Source of the DNA: Lingula anatina
Taxonomy: Eukaryota > Animalia > Brachiopoda
Assembly (NCBI GenBank): GCA_051362555.1
Contig: CM120646.1
Coordinates: 1,426,001 to 1,490,000, forward strand
Direction: 5' to 3'
DNA: 64,000 nt
In this document: piece after piece, positions 1 through 13,335 of the stretch
Layout: every line of letters begins with the position of its first letter
Numbering within the stretch: the stretch's first letter is position 1
Notes under the pieces: model-generated
What the model saw: the letters and a program-made list of their open reading frames with translations, nothing else
Database searches by the model: none
What the model was told of the DNA's origin: nothing
Made by a program: the position numbers and the translations under genes

Positions 1-882
1 ACTTGAACCAAGATCTGTACTATAGCTACCAAGACGTACATGCATCAAGTTGGGTCTGCTGGGGGAGGGGAGCATTTAAATGATAAACGAGGAAGTCTAC
101 CTGCAAAAGCAGCAGCAGTGGTTTAAATAATCGCTATCTAGACTCCTTTTTCTTTGACAGCAACATAAAAAGTGTTTAGGGAGAAAGTCACACAAAGACC
201 CGACGTTGTTTTGTCTTCAGCATTTCCTCTTCCTTGTTATCTGCAATTACTATCGTCAATTAATGAAATCGAGAAAGCAATTAAGTGACGGCACATTGAA
301 TATAGTCACTAGGTGCATTTCGCTGAGTGTTTACAAGATCTAGCGACACATTTTATCGCCACGCGTTCTAGTTTGATTAGTTTAGATAATTAAACAGTTA
401 CTCTGTCGGCTCTCCGTCATTGCTATGAATCTGACATCGAATTTAGTCCAAAATATTAGTAAATTCAGAATTATTAGCTAAAACGTAAATTGCCCTAATT
501 TGTCAGATAATCAAAAATGCCGGTGATCCACGCGGAGGGTACGCTTTCCTGAAGGTAGCGGCGACGAACGGCGACGATATTTTTCTGAAAAGTGAACCTT
601 TATTAGTTACGAAAAGCCCCCTTTTCAACAGGCGCGTTTTATTAATTACTTCATGTCACAAAGTTAATTTATACAGGCAAAACTTTATTTTAAGGAAATA
701 GTTTCACGAAATGAACGAGAGTAAAATATTAGTCGGCACAAATATAAGGCATACAACAATGAGTCATGTTATGGATCATGTTATGGGCCATGTCGGATTA
801 TAATGGCATACCTTGATGCAAAACAGTCTATCGTTTCTTCCACCGCGAGTCCCTTTATTTAATGTAATGTATTACTCATTAC

Positions 883-1025
883 CCGTTTCATTTGACACTC
901 TCTCTTTTTATCTCCCTTCCCCTTTCTCTTGTTAGAAGGAGGGTACATAAGTAAGCACTCAAAATCTGCACCACCAATCTTCAGAAAAACAGAAGTCAAC
1001 GAACCAGTGGGCTGATCCACAACAT
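883..1025 (-). other. Possible internal exon of a gene or transposon continuing left of the window
   Basis: tgtgtcag acceptor, open frame DVVDQPTG..KRKGKGDKKRECQMKR, CGG|gtaatg donor; no family recognised. Confidence 0.25.
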
Positions 1026-2929
1026 CTGACACAGCAGAATGAATCAAATAACAGCTAGCACAAATTTATATGCAGTTAGCTATAGTGCCACTACATGTAC
1101 ATACATAATCAGCTGCACGCGCGAAGCTGTTGAACAAAAGGATAGTTCGCTACGGGAGACCGTTTGTTTACGTAAGTACTCTAAGGGGGCGTGGCTACCC
1201 AGGCGACCAAGGGATTAGGCTAGTTACTATATGCCGTCAACAATCGTTTAGCGACCCTATCATTATACACTCTCTCTATTGTATTTTCCACCGCATTAAT
1301 CGCAGTGTAATCTTCAAATGGTCCACGGGGTAAATGTACACATTCTTAATCCGAGTACGGTATGATTCACTCACTTTCTTTTTTCTCTTTCTGTTCAAAC
1401 ATAAGCGATGACATAAGTTATACAATTAACCATTTGTTTTTCCTCTAGCCATTTTTTTATGAACAAAACTACTTTGGATTTTCCGTCAAAGGGGTTTTCG
1501 CAAAGGAGTGGGAGTGTGCTTAAATAACCTTATCTTAAATGTGGATTTTGTAGCCTCATCCGCCAATAAAATTATAGCAATTATGTATTCTAAATTACCT
1601 CTATTTTTGTGAATTCAGAATTCATATGTACAGTGTATACTAGTAAGTCTATATACCTATATTTTTAATTAACATCTATACCCAATGCTCTCCACTATAT
1701 ACATGTAGGTGGTTTACTGATTGAAAATTTAAGTTTGTATGCCAACATATTAAATAAAATAATAACAAACATTTTTTTTCTGTGAAAGGAACACTTAAAG
1801 GGCCCTTAGTGCTTCCACCCACCTTAGGCTTACAGATATAGTGTGTGGGTTTTGTAATACAAACCTAATTGCTCTATACTCGAAATTGCATTTTCAAACA
1901 GCGAGTGCTTGTTCGTACATGTTTATGCCGGCTAAACTGTCCCATTGTCGGAGATACAATTTTCCACTGGTACCTTTCAGTCACCAGCTGATGACCTGCA
2001 TGGTATTAGTCAGCTGGCGACCTCAAGGGTGATCGAATCCTCAAAGAATGATAGTCAGACTCTCACTCTGTGGTGTTGTTTTTTGTGTTAATAAATAGCT
2101 GCTGTCTGTTGTGATAAATGGACTTTAACCCTGTTATGTAGCTTATTCCTATGCTAACACACGGTCCTATTTGATGGAATTTTTGAAATACCGGAATCTT
2201 ATATTTGCATTTTTCTTTTTTTATTCATTAATGATAATTTTGGACGGACTATCAACGAATTCTTGATGATTTAACTGTCTAGTGAATGAATCACATTCTG
2301 TTTTACTGTTTGTTTGTTTGTTTTTTTTTCTTCATATTTTCCTTTGGCAGACTATAACTTCGGTGACGTTGTTAGCACCAAACGCTAATGAGAGACTGTA
2401 CTGGAATCCACTTTATTCATTTACGAAAAGGGGTTTTGAGTTTGTACATGAACAAAAATGTATTTATAAATTGCTCCTTTCAAATAAAAGTGAGGGGGAA
2501 TGTTGTTAGCGCGCAGTTACGGTAAGTACTTCGCACACTAGGTGGAGAGCCCAACTTCCTCGCCTGATCCCTTATAATTAAGTACATATATCACAGCTAC
2601 CGTGCAGACGTGTACTCTAACAGAGACGACAATTGACAGAATTGTGACGCAATATACAGCGTGCTACCATGTTACTCCGTGACTACTTTTCAACTCGATC
2701 ACAGTAAGAACACGAAAGATGTGCACTCTCTACCAGGGTGGCAGATATTGTAGGGAAAGTTCAAAAAGCCAGAGAATCGAATGGCCGTACATCTCTATTT
2801 ATCTTAAGACACATCTGTGAAAATCTTGTGAAAAATCATTCAATCTGTTAGAGGGTAGAAATGTTGGATTGTTCCAGTGGTTTTTAAACAATGAAGTTTA
2901 GCCTGTGGATTTCATACTGCCCCTCTCCT

Positions 2930-3690
2930 TCAGACTAAAACACAACCCTTAGATAGGGGACAAGATTATTGCTAGTCTGTGTTGTTGTTGTTATCATTCC
3001 CTATCCCGTTACACACACATACCAGCTGCATATACTTGAGAAGGGATAGTATTACTCAAGATAATGAAAGAAAACAACTTCTTGGTTAGTATATTGCTAT
3101 ATATCCATTGCTATTTATCTATCCCAGTATCTAATCACGCACTCATTGCGTGTAAAGTAATGCCAGCCAACCAAACTTCTCAGTAAAATGTATTGGTGTA
3201 AATACATTGGTGTAAATCTGTCCATGAAATACCTAAAAGCTCACACCTGCAAATTGTCAAAAGCTAGGACTGACCTATAATCTGATGAGGAGAAAAAGTA
3301 ATCTGTGACAGGCATGACACATTATTTGAACAGCTGCTCAAAAGCACTAAATCTAACGTCTTTAGACTAAAACACAGTCCAGACTAAAACCAACCCTAAG
3401 ATAGAGGTCAAGATTATTGCTAACCTGTCTTGCTGTTATCATTCCCTATCCCGTTACACACGCATACCTACTGCAAATACTTGAGAAGGGATAATATTAC
3501 TCAAGATAAAAAAAGAAAACAACGTCTTGGTTAGTATTTTTCTATATATCCATTGCTTTTTGTCTATGCCAGTATCTATTATGAGTAAAGTATGCCAGCC
3601 AACCAAACCTCTGGGAAAAATGGTAATATTGCGGTTAATCTGTGCACTTCATTGTAATAGCTAATAGCTCGCACCTGTATATTATCAAAA
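2930..3690 (+). repeat. Local tandem duplication, ~450-bp period
   Basis: cagactaaaac..gattattgcta..ccctatcccgttacacac..ccagccaaccaaac at 2931 and 3380. Confidence 0.85.
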
Positions 3691-5644
3691 TGAAGTAAAC
3701 CATTAATACTATTGACAGTCTTCTAAATTTGTATATATGAGACATGCATATTTGTTTGAGTTTTAATTATTCAAATATATATAGGCCTGGCATGTTAGAG
3801 AAGTTCATTTAAAATGTTAATCAAGATATTATTTAAAAGTATCTACAATAAAGTTTTAATGTAGGAAAACGCAGGAAACAAGCAAAGAAGATGTACTGTT
3901 ATTGTCCAATTTTCTCGCATTATGTGGGAAGTAATGAAAAAAAAAAAAAAAAACAACAGAGTATGGCAACGGAAACGTATCTATTGAAACCATGATAAGC
4001 AGCATTCAGATGTGGTGGGGCAGAGAAGCACACTGGATGATGATAGTTGTGATGAACAGACTGCAACATGGAAAGAAGTGAGAGAGGGCAGCAATGATGT
4101 GATGATCAGCGTTGTTGCTGAAAAACCTACGGAAGATGAGATGCCGAAATTCCCTGGTGCCGAGATGCTTCAGCTCCCCGATGGAAACAACGATTATGTG
4201 GTCAGTGATGTTTCTGACAAAGTAAAATCTCCCGAAGTTGAGAATTGAAAACCCTTATGACCAGTGGTGATGCTGATGTATTAAAGTTCCCGGATACAGG
4301 TGTGTTGCCGTTTCCTGATGAAGAGAGATTGTCATCCAGTGATGTCGAATCGTTGAAGTGCAGTGAGGCAGATTTTTTAATTACTTGTTTTTCAAACAAT
4401 TTTTATTTTTGTCAGAGGTCGGAGGCCGGAAAAAAAAATATTTTTTCAAAAATTGACTTTTTGGTCACTCATTTTCAAAACTACATAAGACAATGGTAAA
4501 TACTGGTTTTAACACAGTATAGCAATGTTTGGATAAAAACAGCAATGTTTTATTTATCTAAATGAATGTCAATTCTACAAATCAGTCTTGTAAATTACAA
4601 AACAATAAAAAGCACAGTTTGCCTTTCTATGCACTCATGATGTCAGTGGACAAAAAAGTTTTTGTCAATATTGATGCAATATTATGTATGATTTAATGAT
4701 TAAGTGGAAAATCATCAGCAAATGTAACATGCCCATCCAGAAACAATATGGCTTTATGCCCATGTGAGTTCCAAGTCCCACACAGAAAGCACCAATGCAT
4801 GTATGTGAAAATTGAACATTTCACAAAAACAACATTACTTCCATAAAAAGAATCCAACCAGGCTATATTTCAGACCTTTGAATATTTCAGTAAGTTTGAA
4901 AATCATCTTGTTAAATGGCCTTCGTAAAATGGTCGCTATGGCAGCTGCACTAAGCTAGCCAGTCTCTCTCTGCATATGGGCTTCTATACCACAGCTCCAC
5001 TTTCAGTGTCTCTGCTATGCGTTTTCCAAGATTTTTGGCCTGTCCAGCCCAAAAACCAACATTGAAGTCTTTCAGTACTTGCGAGATGGAATTATACATT
5101 GTCTGCCTTGCATTACTTGGGGATTCACTGAAAAAAAATCAGATAAGTTAACAGATGTGTGCCTTCTGTTAGCTGCATGGGGATTGTACAAGTCAAAAGA
5201 CAGCAAACAATTGCTTAGCCAAATTGTTGGAAATACAAAACCAGCAAGGGTAATATGGCCTGTTATGGAAACGTGGTCTTAAATTTTATTAAATCTAAAT
5301 GGCAGCAAAAATTTAATTATTTAATAAAAAAGGTTAATTAACAAAATAAATAATGATAAAACTTAACTGCCGGGCCTCATGTCCATCGACAAGGAGTTTT
5401 GAATGATTTGAACGAACCACCCTTTTTATCAGGAAAAGGTCTGCTCTGGGTGAAAATTTATCTAGGTGCATAAAGATTTTATGGTAAATGGCCCACTTTT
5501 TCAGAAAAAGAACCCTATTTTGAAATTGCTGGATACGGGCCTGGTTAACCTTAATATCTAAATACGCATTAAAAACTTGGTGGAAAACTGTACTATGAAT
5601 TCATGAGTCGATATGGTTTACATCAAGGTTCAAGGCAAATAGGA

Positions 5645-6655
5645 AAAATGCAGCAAATGCCAACATTTGCCTAGGAGATGTTCTTATAAAACTATCAAGT
5701 TCTGTAAAAGATCTGGGAGTTACCCTCGATGAAAGAAATGGGGAAGCGTGTATCTGAAGTGTGTAAATCAGCATCTTATGCACTATGGCGCATTGGAAAA
5801 ATAAGGAAAGTGTTAGATAACAAAACGACTGAAAAATTAGTACATGCATTTATATCATCAAAATTAGATTACTGCAATAGTCCCCTCTTTGCACCCTGAG
5901 CTTCAGAGATAACTTGACACTAACCTCTTCACTATAGCCTATCTTCATCGTGTCAAGTTACCTCTGACCACATTCGATTGCCTCCGCCGCCCGCCAATCA
6001 AATTTAAAGCCCGCACTCAATGACTCATTGAACGATCTAGCCAATGAACGCGAACGAGTCAAAGCGCGCTTTGTTCAAATCCGGACCAATCAAAGATAAG
6101 GCTGAATATCAGGGACTTGTCGTAACCTGTGGGCAGCACGCAAAATACATCATCCCTCAGTAGATAATTATGCAGGGCATCAAACTGCTCTGGTTTCAAT
6201 TCCGATATACTCCATGCTTTCTTTGTGTACGGTTATCCACTCGGAACTTCTCGGATGTCTCCGCACTCGACAATAACTATGTTGTTAGTATGGAGCTTGC
6301 GGAATCAGCCGAGGATTGCCGATTGACGGTCAACCAATCAGCGTTTTCACCAAACTTTGGTGAAAAATTTTGAAACATGGATTCGATTGGCTTATATAAA
6401 CTAGGTCAAACTATTTTCGTCAGAGGTAACTTGACACGATGAAGATAGGCTATAGTGAAGAGGTTAGTGTCAAGTTATCTCTGAAGCTCAGGGTGCCTCT
6501 TTGGTATTTGTGACCATCAGATTAAAAAGTTGCAAGTTATTCAAAACTCAGCTGCAAGACTGGCTTGTCAAGTAAAGCGCAATAGTACACACCTTATCAC
6601 TCCCATTCTGAAAGAATTACACTGGTTGCCTGTGAAGCAGAGGATTATTTTAAAG
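5645..6655 (+). mobile_element. L2/CR1-clade LINE RT fragment (unit 1 copy), interrupted by a MITE
   Basis: Near-identical to 26240-26645 but split at 5892-6495. Confidence 0.85.
5892..6495. mobile_element. 604-bp non-autonomous DNA transposon (hAT- or P-like MITE)
   Basis: Perfect 77-bp TIRs (CACCCTGAGCTTCAGAG...), 8-bp TSD CCTCTTTG (5884-5891, 6496-6503); empty site at ~26478 in unit 2. Confidence 0.95.
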
Positions 6656-6959
6656 TACTTTGTATTATTTCTTAGGCGATCCATTCACAAGGACCATTAT
6701 ATTTATCTGATCTTATCTGTTGTAACTTCTCTTAAGTTATACTGTTTGAAACTACATGAATATGCTGGCATTAGGTCGGCTTTTCTTGCAAAAATTTATT
6801 TCATATGCATCTTTAAAGGCCTTTGCTTTATTTTAGGAAAAGACAAAAGTTGTAATGAAAACATCAAGGAATCGGTAATGGGTCTGCCTTGTTATGATGT
6901 TTAAAAGTTAAAGCGATATAGATTTTTGTTATACTCTGACCCCTACTTAATTATTAAGC

Positions 6960-7245
6960 CCCCATGCACACCCTGATGATGGGTATACTAATCACCATAG
7001 TTTCAACTTCCTACCTGCAATGGTCTAGGAGCAGATAGCAGATATTACAATGTGAAAAGAATTTAGAATCAACCACCCCCCGAGGAAAGCCCAACATCCT
7101 GTGGCACTAAAATTCCAAAGTGCAGATGCACATCCCTGATGATGGGTCTACCAATTCCAAAAGTTTCAGTTTCCTATCTGCAATGGTCTAAGAGGAGATA
7201 GTGAAAATTACAATGTCAAAAGAATTTAGAATCAACCAGCCCCCG
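6960..7245 (+). repeat. Two ~165-bp satellite-like units (also 26950-27235)
   Basis: ccctgatgatgggt..agtttca..ctgcaatggtcta..gaatttagaatcaacca repeated twice. Confidence 0.8.
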
Positions 7246-8728
7246 GAAATACCGTTACTTTGCATTTTCGAACGCGTCTAATGCATGAAGAATCATGTCA
7301 TAATTTGTGCTTAATGGCACTGTAAGAACCAAATTGCACTATAAGCACTAAGTATAAGCACTAAGTTTTAGGGGCAATTACATTTGGTTAAATAATTCCC
7401 ATGATAATAAGTTTATAATGTTAAATAAATAATTAATGTGAGAGATATTATCATAATCCCTGCTTCTTGTTTCATATACATTGTACTAAAATAATTTGTA
7501 ACGCTCATCTTAGATATACATATGCAACATGTTCTGGGAAAACGGTTCCATGACATTAAAATGGTTGTTACACCTTCTTTAAATAAATCACTATCTTGTC
7601 TTTATTGATTGTCCTTCAGGAGCATCTATAAAATTCCATTAAACGTGTGCATATCTCTTTTTTCCGACACTCGGCAATGGTTGCAATGGTGATGGTAATC
7701 TGTGATTAGTGTACAACACTGAGATGTAGTCTAAATAACACTGCCAATACCGGTAGGTAATGTATATTTAACCACTCAAAATGGTGTGTGGTACAGTGAA
7801 AGTGACACGTTATAACAATATACATCTACTTGTAGCAGCAAATACAACCGTGGTCCGCACCCTTAACATATCCTGCAGTTGACTTTGGCCTAATTGTCAG
7901 AGTGTTGTATCTGTCCAATTGATTTGCTTTATTATCAGATATTTTACCTCATACATGCAACACTCTTATAACAAGACATACGATATGGGTGATTTTTACT
8001 TATCAATTTTTATTCTACCCTTCAATATATTACATTACCCATTATTTCCATAAACAGGTCGAAAATAAAGAATTCTGCTATTCGAATATTGGGCTTTTCC
8101 CTGTCCATTTTATCAAATTTGAAACATTCACACTGGTATCTGATTGATATATTACTATTAAGGAATATTGTTGGTTGATACTCCATAGCATATGATATAC
8201 ATTTATTTTGTGATATAGAGGACGATTTCCTGGGAGGATTTCTTTTATTAAAGTATGGGTTGAAAATATCAATGGATAGTGTAGAAATATCAACTGTCCA
8301 AAATATTTAAACATTGTGATTATTGTTGCTACACTCCCAAAGCACAACTGAACTCTTGTCACACCTACCACAATTCACCACCATGGCAACTCATGATGTA
8401 TTGTATTGATTAAATATTATTCTCCAGTGCCGACATAGTACTTTTAATTACAATAAAGCCATTAAAGATTTTATTGGGTAACTAAATAATCATCCCTTGA
8501 ATACATCTTTAGAAGATACCGATTATATTGAAGAGAAATGCAAAGTTGGGGAAGCGTCATCCCTTTTCTCGTGCAAGTGTCTTTTGACTGTCCATCGCCA
8601 GACAGTCGACCGTCTTTCCAGGTTGTAGTTCACTGTTGTGTTTCTATAAGCTGATGATTTATGAGACTGATCTGCATTGTTCCCCGCCGTGTCTTGGCAA
8701 TTTAAAGTCACCTCCGATAGAATATATA

Positions 8729-10387
8729 CAGACTTGACATTTAATATGGAATATTTCAGTTTCGAATGTACGCCTAGGTGAAAATGCGTTTTTTTTTCAC
8801 AAACTCCGATCTCATAGATGATATGTGAATGGAGAAGTGTGTAGTCAGGTGTGTCGCTACCAATTAAGTGATTACCAGGTTTGTTGCGCTGCTGCATTAT
8901 GTAATATGCAGTGATATGATTGGGTAGTGCTCCTTTGGGCAGTTCAAAGCTAGGCTTTGGCAAAGCATGGTTCTGTCAAAAAAGTATCCATATGTCGGCA
9001 ACTACTGCATAGAAAAATTTGAAATTTTGCAAGCAAGTCGTCGGGTTTGCAGTGTGTAAAATGAGCTATGCAGTGCTCTACAAATATGTTAATCTGTGGC
9101 AGAATGGCGGGGAAAAGACAGGCATTGCCAGGCAGGCAATTGCGCCAAACGAAACGGTCCGCACTGTTTTACAGAGTAATGCCCAGACTGATGTACCTAC
9201 ACAGAGGCCACACCCAATGTATTGAAATCTTACCACCAGGGTACAGGACCCACTGTCTTTCGGGATGTGCTGTTGCAAATAAACAAAAACCACCAAGTCC
9301 GTTCAGAATGAGGGGTAAATTACCACCAAAACGCATTTTTCAAGGCCCTTAGCGAACACCAAACTGGTTTTAGCAGGTTTGAATACCAGACGACCTCCGA
9401 GGAACCCACTGTAAACAGCAAAACATCGTTGTATGTTTCTCTATTGAATTGAGGACCTTGGCTGTTTCTGGGTTGAACACTGAAATCTCGTGGCTTTCTT
9501 TATTGAGGTCAGATTTCACCTGTACCGCTCAACAGTCAAAACAGAGTTTACAGACATCCAGAAGAGGCCAACGACGAAGCGTGTGCCGCGTCTAAAGTGA
9601 CTAAGGTCATTAACAGCGTCAGTATTTGGAGTGGATACCACATTGGTGCCAAAACACCAATGGTAGTCATTGACGAAAACCTGAACCAGATCGATTAAAG
9701 AAATAATCTGGGAACCACTTGGCTATCATTTGATAGGGGACAACTTAGGAACAATTTTAGGTTGCATGGTGAGATTGCCGGTTCACACAGAGCACTTTTA
9801 ATAGCAGTTTACTTACAGAACCAAGGGAATGAGCAGCTACCTTGGTCATCAAAATCGCCATATTTGAACCACAGAGACAATATGTTGGTAGGCCGTTACT
9901 CTCCGAATCAATGGCCTACATATCCTACAACAATATTGGACCAAATTGGGCAGAATTTGACCGATGCATGGAATGTTATTCCAGATTAAACTTTAAAAAC
10001 CTATCCCAAGGAATACCTTGCCACTTGAGAGCGCTAGTAGCAGCCAGAAGAAGTCAGGCGTAACAGCGACCGTTACTGTGACTAGAAACTGACATGAGGG
10101 TCTTTTGTGGAGCGTTTAACTCTTTTACAGACAATAATTTGGAAAATATGGAGGTCCAAAATATCCCTTTTAATGGTTGTCGTATGACATAGAATAGGCA
10201 ATGTGTTTTTGTTTGCTTTTCTGGCGAATTCCATTGATGAACTGATGTCACAATGACATCAAAGAGATAATTAAAAGTTATTAAAGCACGATTTTCATCC
10301 TTATTTTCATTTATCAGTCTGCAAAATAGGAAAAAACTGATGAAAAATGATTTGGAAAAAAATATTCCATATTAAATGTCAAGTCTG
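8729..10387 (+). mobile_element. Decayed Tc1/mariner transposon
   Basis: TIRs CAGACTTGACATTTAATATGGAATATTT, TA TSD, empty site at ~29066; transposase relics SVSIWSG..KTPMVVIDENLN, LPWSSKSPYLN, LTDAWNVIP. Confidence 0.9.
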
Positions 10388-10833
10388 TATAATACTTTAA
10401 TGAGCTCAATTAAATCGATTGGGGTTTTTATATTTTATTCTTTCAGAAAGTAACGTTACGTGGCTTATCCTCAAGTGGTGCGATGGTGTTGAGGCTATTT
10501 TCAGAGTCGGGTGCAGGGGAATGTCAGGGCCACTAACAACAATGGGTTACCATCTTTGATAGTCTTTTTAAATAGTCCTACATGTATTTAAAGCAAAGGC
10601 AATACTAAGCACTATTCTACAAATAAATTTTATGGAAAGTGTATTCAGTTCAAGTCGTCTAACTGAACGCAAGGAATACAATATGAGACATTTCACGAAA
10701 AAAATGTATTTTGAGTAACATTATTATTCACCATAATTGTAATAAGTAAATGGTTTCTTTTAAAATGAATCTCGCGCAGAGCGTTTTGATAACTAAACAA
10801 ATTATGTTTTTTTCAATTTTTTTTTCTTACCAG

Positions 10834-13094
10834 ATTGCTCAATGTTGTACATTAATAAGGCGAATATAGGCCCGACCACTTCAAACATGTGCAATTTTGA
10901 TTGTAATAGTCTCGACTCTGTACTTGCCGGGTGGTGTGGGAGTGGTGCGTTCCCCAGTAAGTAAAACGCTTTTTGATTTTAATAAATCTTGAATAAAAAG
11001 GCAATTTTTAAAATAAATGAATAAAACATCATGATGAATATAATGAAGTAAGAGGGTAGCGTAAGATAAATGTAATGTAGATATTCCGTAAATGAGTGAA
11101 ATGTTTGTGGTATTACCTGTAATCGTTGTTATTCTAACTCTCTTAGATCGAAAATACAGGCAAGAAAAATAGCAACCTCATTTCAAGGAGTGATGAAGGT
11201 TTATATAATAATTCATCACAGGTGAGCGTTTTAATATCTAAACTAATAATAAGAATAACAACCAATTTGTAGTGTTAAGATGATATGTTCCATTTAACTA
11301 AATGCTATTACTAGTATAGGTTCATACCAGTTTCGGACCAAAAACCATAAGTTGTATTCTTTGTTTGTAGCATCTACCACTACCGAATCAACATCCACCG
11401 ACACTACCACTGAGACTACGACCACCGATTCTACCACCACTGTGCCTACCACCACTGAGACTACGACCACCGATTCTACCACCACTGAGCCTACCACCAC
11501 TGAGACTACAACCACCGATTCTACCACCACTGAGACTACCACCACTGAGACTACAACCACCGATTCTACCACCACTGAGACTACAACCACTGAGACTACA
11601 ACCACCGATTCTACCACCACTGAGCCTACCACCACTGAGACTACAACCACCGATTCTACCACCACTGAGCCTACCACCACTGAGACTACAACCACTGAGA
11701 CTACAACCACCGATTCTACCACCACTGATCCTACCACAACTCAGACTACGACCACCGAGGCTACCACCACCGCCTCCACTACATGTGAGTCTTAACTCTT
11801 TTAAAGAAAGTAGTAAAATGTTTGAAAGTGTTGTATTGCATGCATTATTCAATGATACACAACACTTTGTGCATTCATCACTTTACAGTTGTACGTCGAC
11901 AGGAAACTCGAACTGCATTGTGGGGAAAAAAAGAGCGTGAACTCTTGGCGCGAAGGCTCTTGAACACAAAATAATAACTACCTGCAGTGTTTCAAGTTGC
12001 AGAAATGATAGAAGGTATCGAGAAAGGTAATTTCCTGTTAATTTTACAACTGCCAAGTTCAATCAATATGTCAATTCTCAATTTATTTATTTATTGTAAT
12101 TTATGTCGCGTCTCTCAATCATGGACCAGAGTGTGTGATCGTCGAGGTTATTATCCATTATTCGAATACTCGCTGTTTTTGTTTTGCTCTATTTTTTCCC
12201 CACAATGCAATTTTCAAGTAAGTATCTGTAAAGTGGCGAATGTTAATAAAAATTTACAGTAATGACTATGGCAATAAAAGCACTTTAAAACCACAGGTGC
12301 ATGTATAATGCGGTAGGTTATTCTTTCAACTGACAATTCAAAACAAAACTTAGTTACCGGTAGAATCCCTTGGTCTTTTTGTCTTGAAATTACTAATGTT
12401 GAACTTTGATGCATGTTTGATGATAATGCCATAAAATTTAATTGTAAGGCTACATTTAATTGGCTTTTAAACCTTACCAGCTTATCATTCGCTTTAACTA
12501 ATACTGCAGTAAGATATTTACTTGTTATAACGTGGCGATACTGCTTATGTTCAGCGCACCGTGTACATTTCCATGAGGTTTTTTTTACTTTATAACGCAC
12601 TATTTATCACTGCAACTTTCGTGTTTCTGTTCTTCAGTTAGGCATAATCTTTTTAGTTACTGTATTTATAAACTTACAGTGAAAACATATTTTATATATT
12701 CATGTAAGGTTTAATTATTTTGGAAATCCGTGTTCTATTTTATTGTATTATTATTATTATTTTGAAATTACAATTATGCAGCTTCAAGGCATGTCATTTA
12801 TATATGAGACAAAATACAAAGGAATGCAGAGTGATCCGTCTTCATTTTGTTACAGTGTCCCCATCTATCTGCTCCTCGACTGCTAGCCTGGTAAAAGTCA
12901 GTTCAGTCACGGTGGCAGAGTATTTTGTCAGAGTGAATCCCTGCACAGCTTTGTGCAGCAGTACATATTCTACTGGCTTGCAATTAGAAAAAAACAAGAT
13001 GCACAAATGTTCTATTTTCTGCTGTTTTGCTCAATGTATAGATGCAGTCACCTTTTTGCAAATAATTCAAGGACAGAAAACATTCATTTTTTAG
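10834..13094 (+). pseudogene. 5'-truncated, internally deleted copy of the mucin/defensin-like gene (exon remnants 10834-10956, 11371-11784, 12856-13094)
   Basis: Alignable to 37172-41040. Lacks the ~7.6 kb (29245-36895 in unit 2) with promoter and exons 1-2; 38-nt deletion removes CxC of domain 1; 28-nt microexon acceptor deleted; ~265-nt deletion removes GCC/CxC of domain 2. Confidence 0.75.
11371..11784 (+). repeat. Coding 15-bp minisatellite (Thr-rich mucin repeat), copy 1
   Basis: Units such as GAGACTACAACCACC / GATTCTACCACCACT / GAGCCTACCACCACT. Confidence 0.95.
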
Positions 13095-13296
13095 TGTTTT
13101 GCATTGATATTTTATTTTTTGTCAACTATAATTAATTTACCGCGTTTTATTAGTACGCTGGCGGTACTCATGGTTTTAGTTCCGACCCGTCTTTTACGGT
13201 TCCGCCGTTACCGCTTCCTAGCCCCCAAGGACCTGTGTCCCCATCTCTTGGATTTAGGTCACATATAATCTCAACTTGAACCCCCTGTTTATATAT

Positions 13297-13335
<39 letters not shown>

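Noticed and set aside
11371-11784. CRISPR-like appearance of regular repeats
   Set aside because: No unique spacers or cas genes; eukaryotic coding minisatellite.
11294-11852. Val/Ser-rich and Gly-rich minus-strand ORFs (also 38162-38683)
   Set aside because: Antisense shadows of the Thr-repeat exon; splice sites support only the plus-strand frame.
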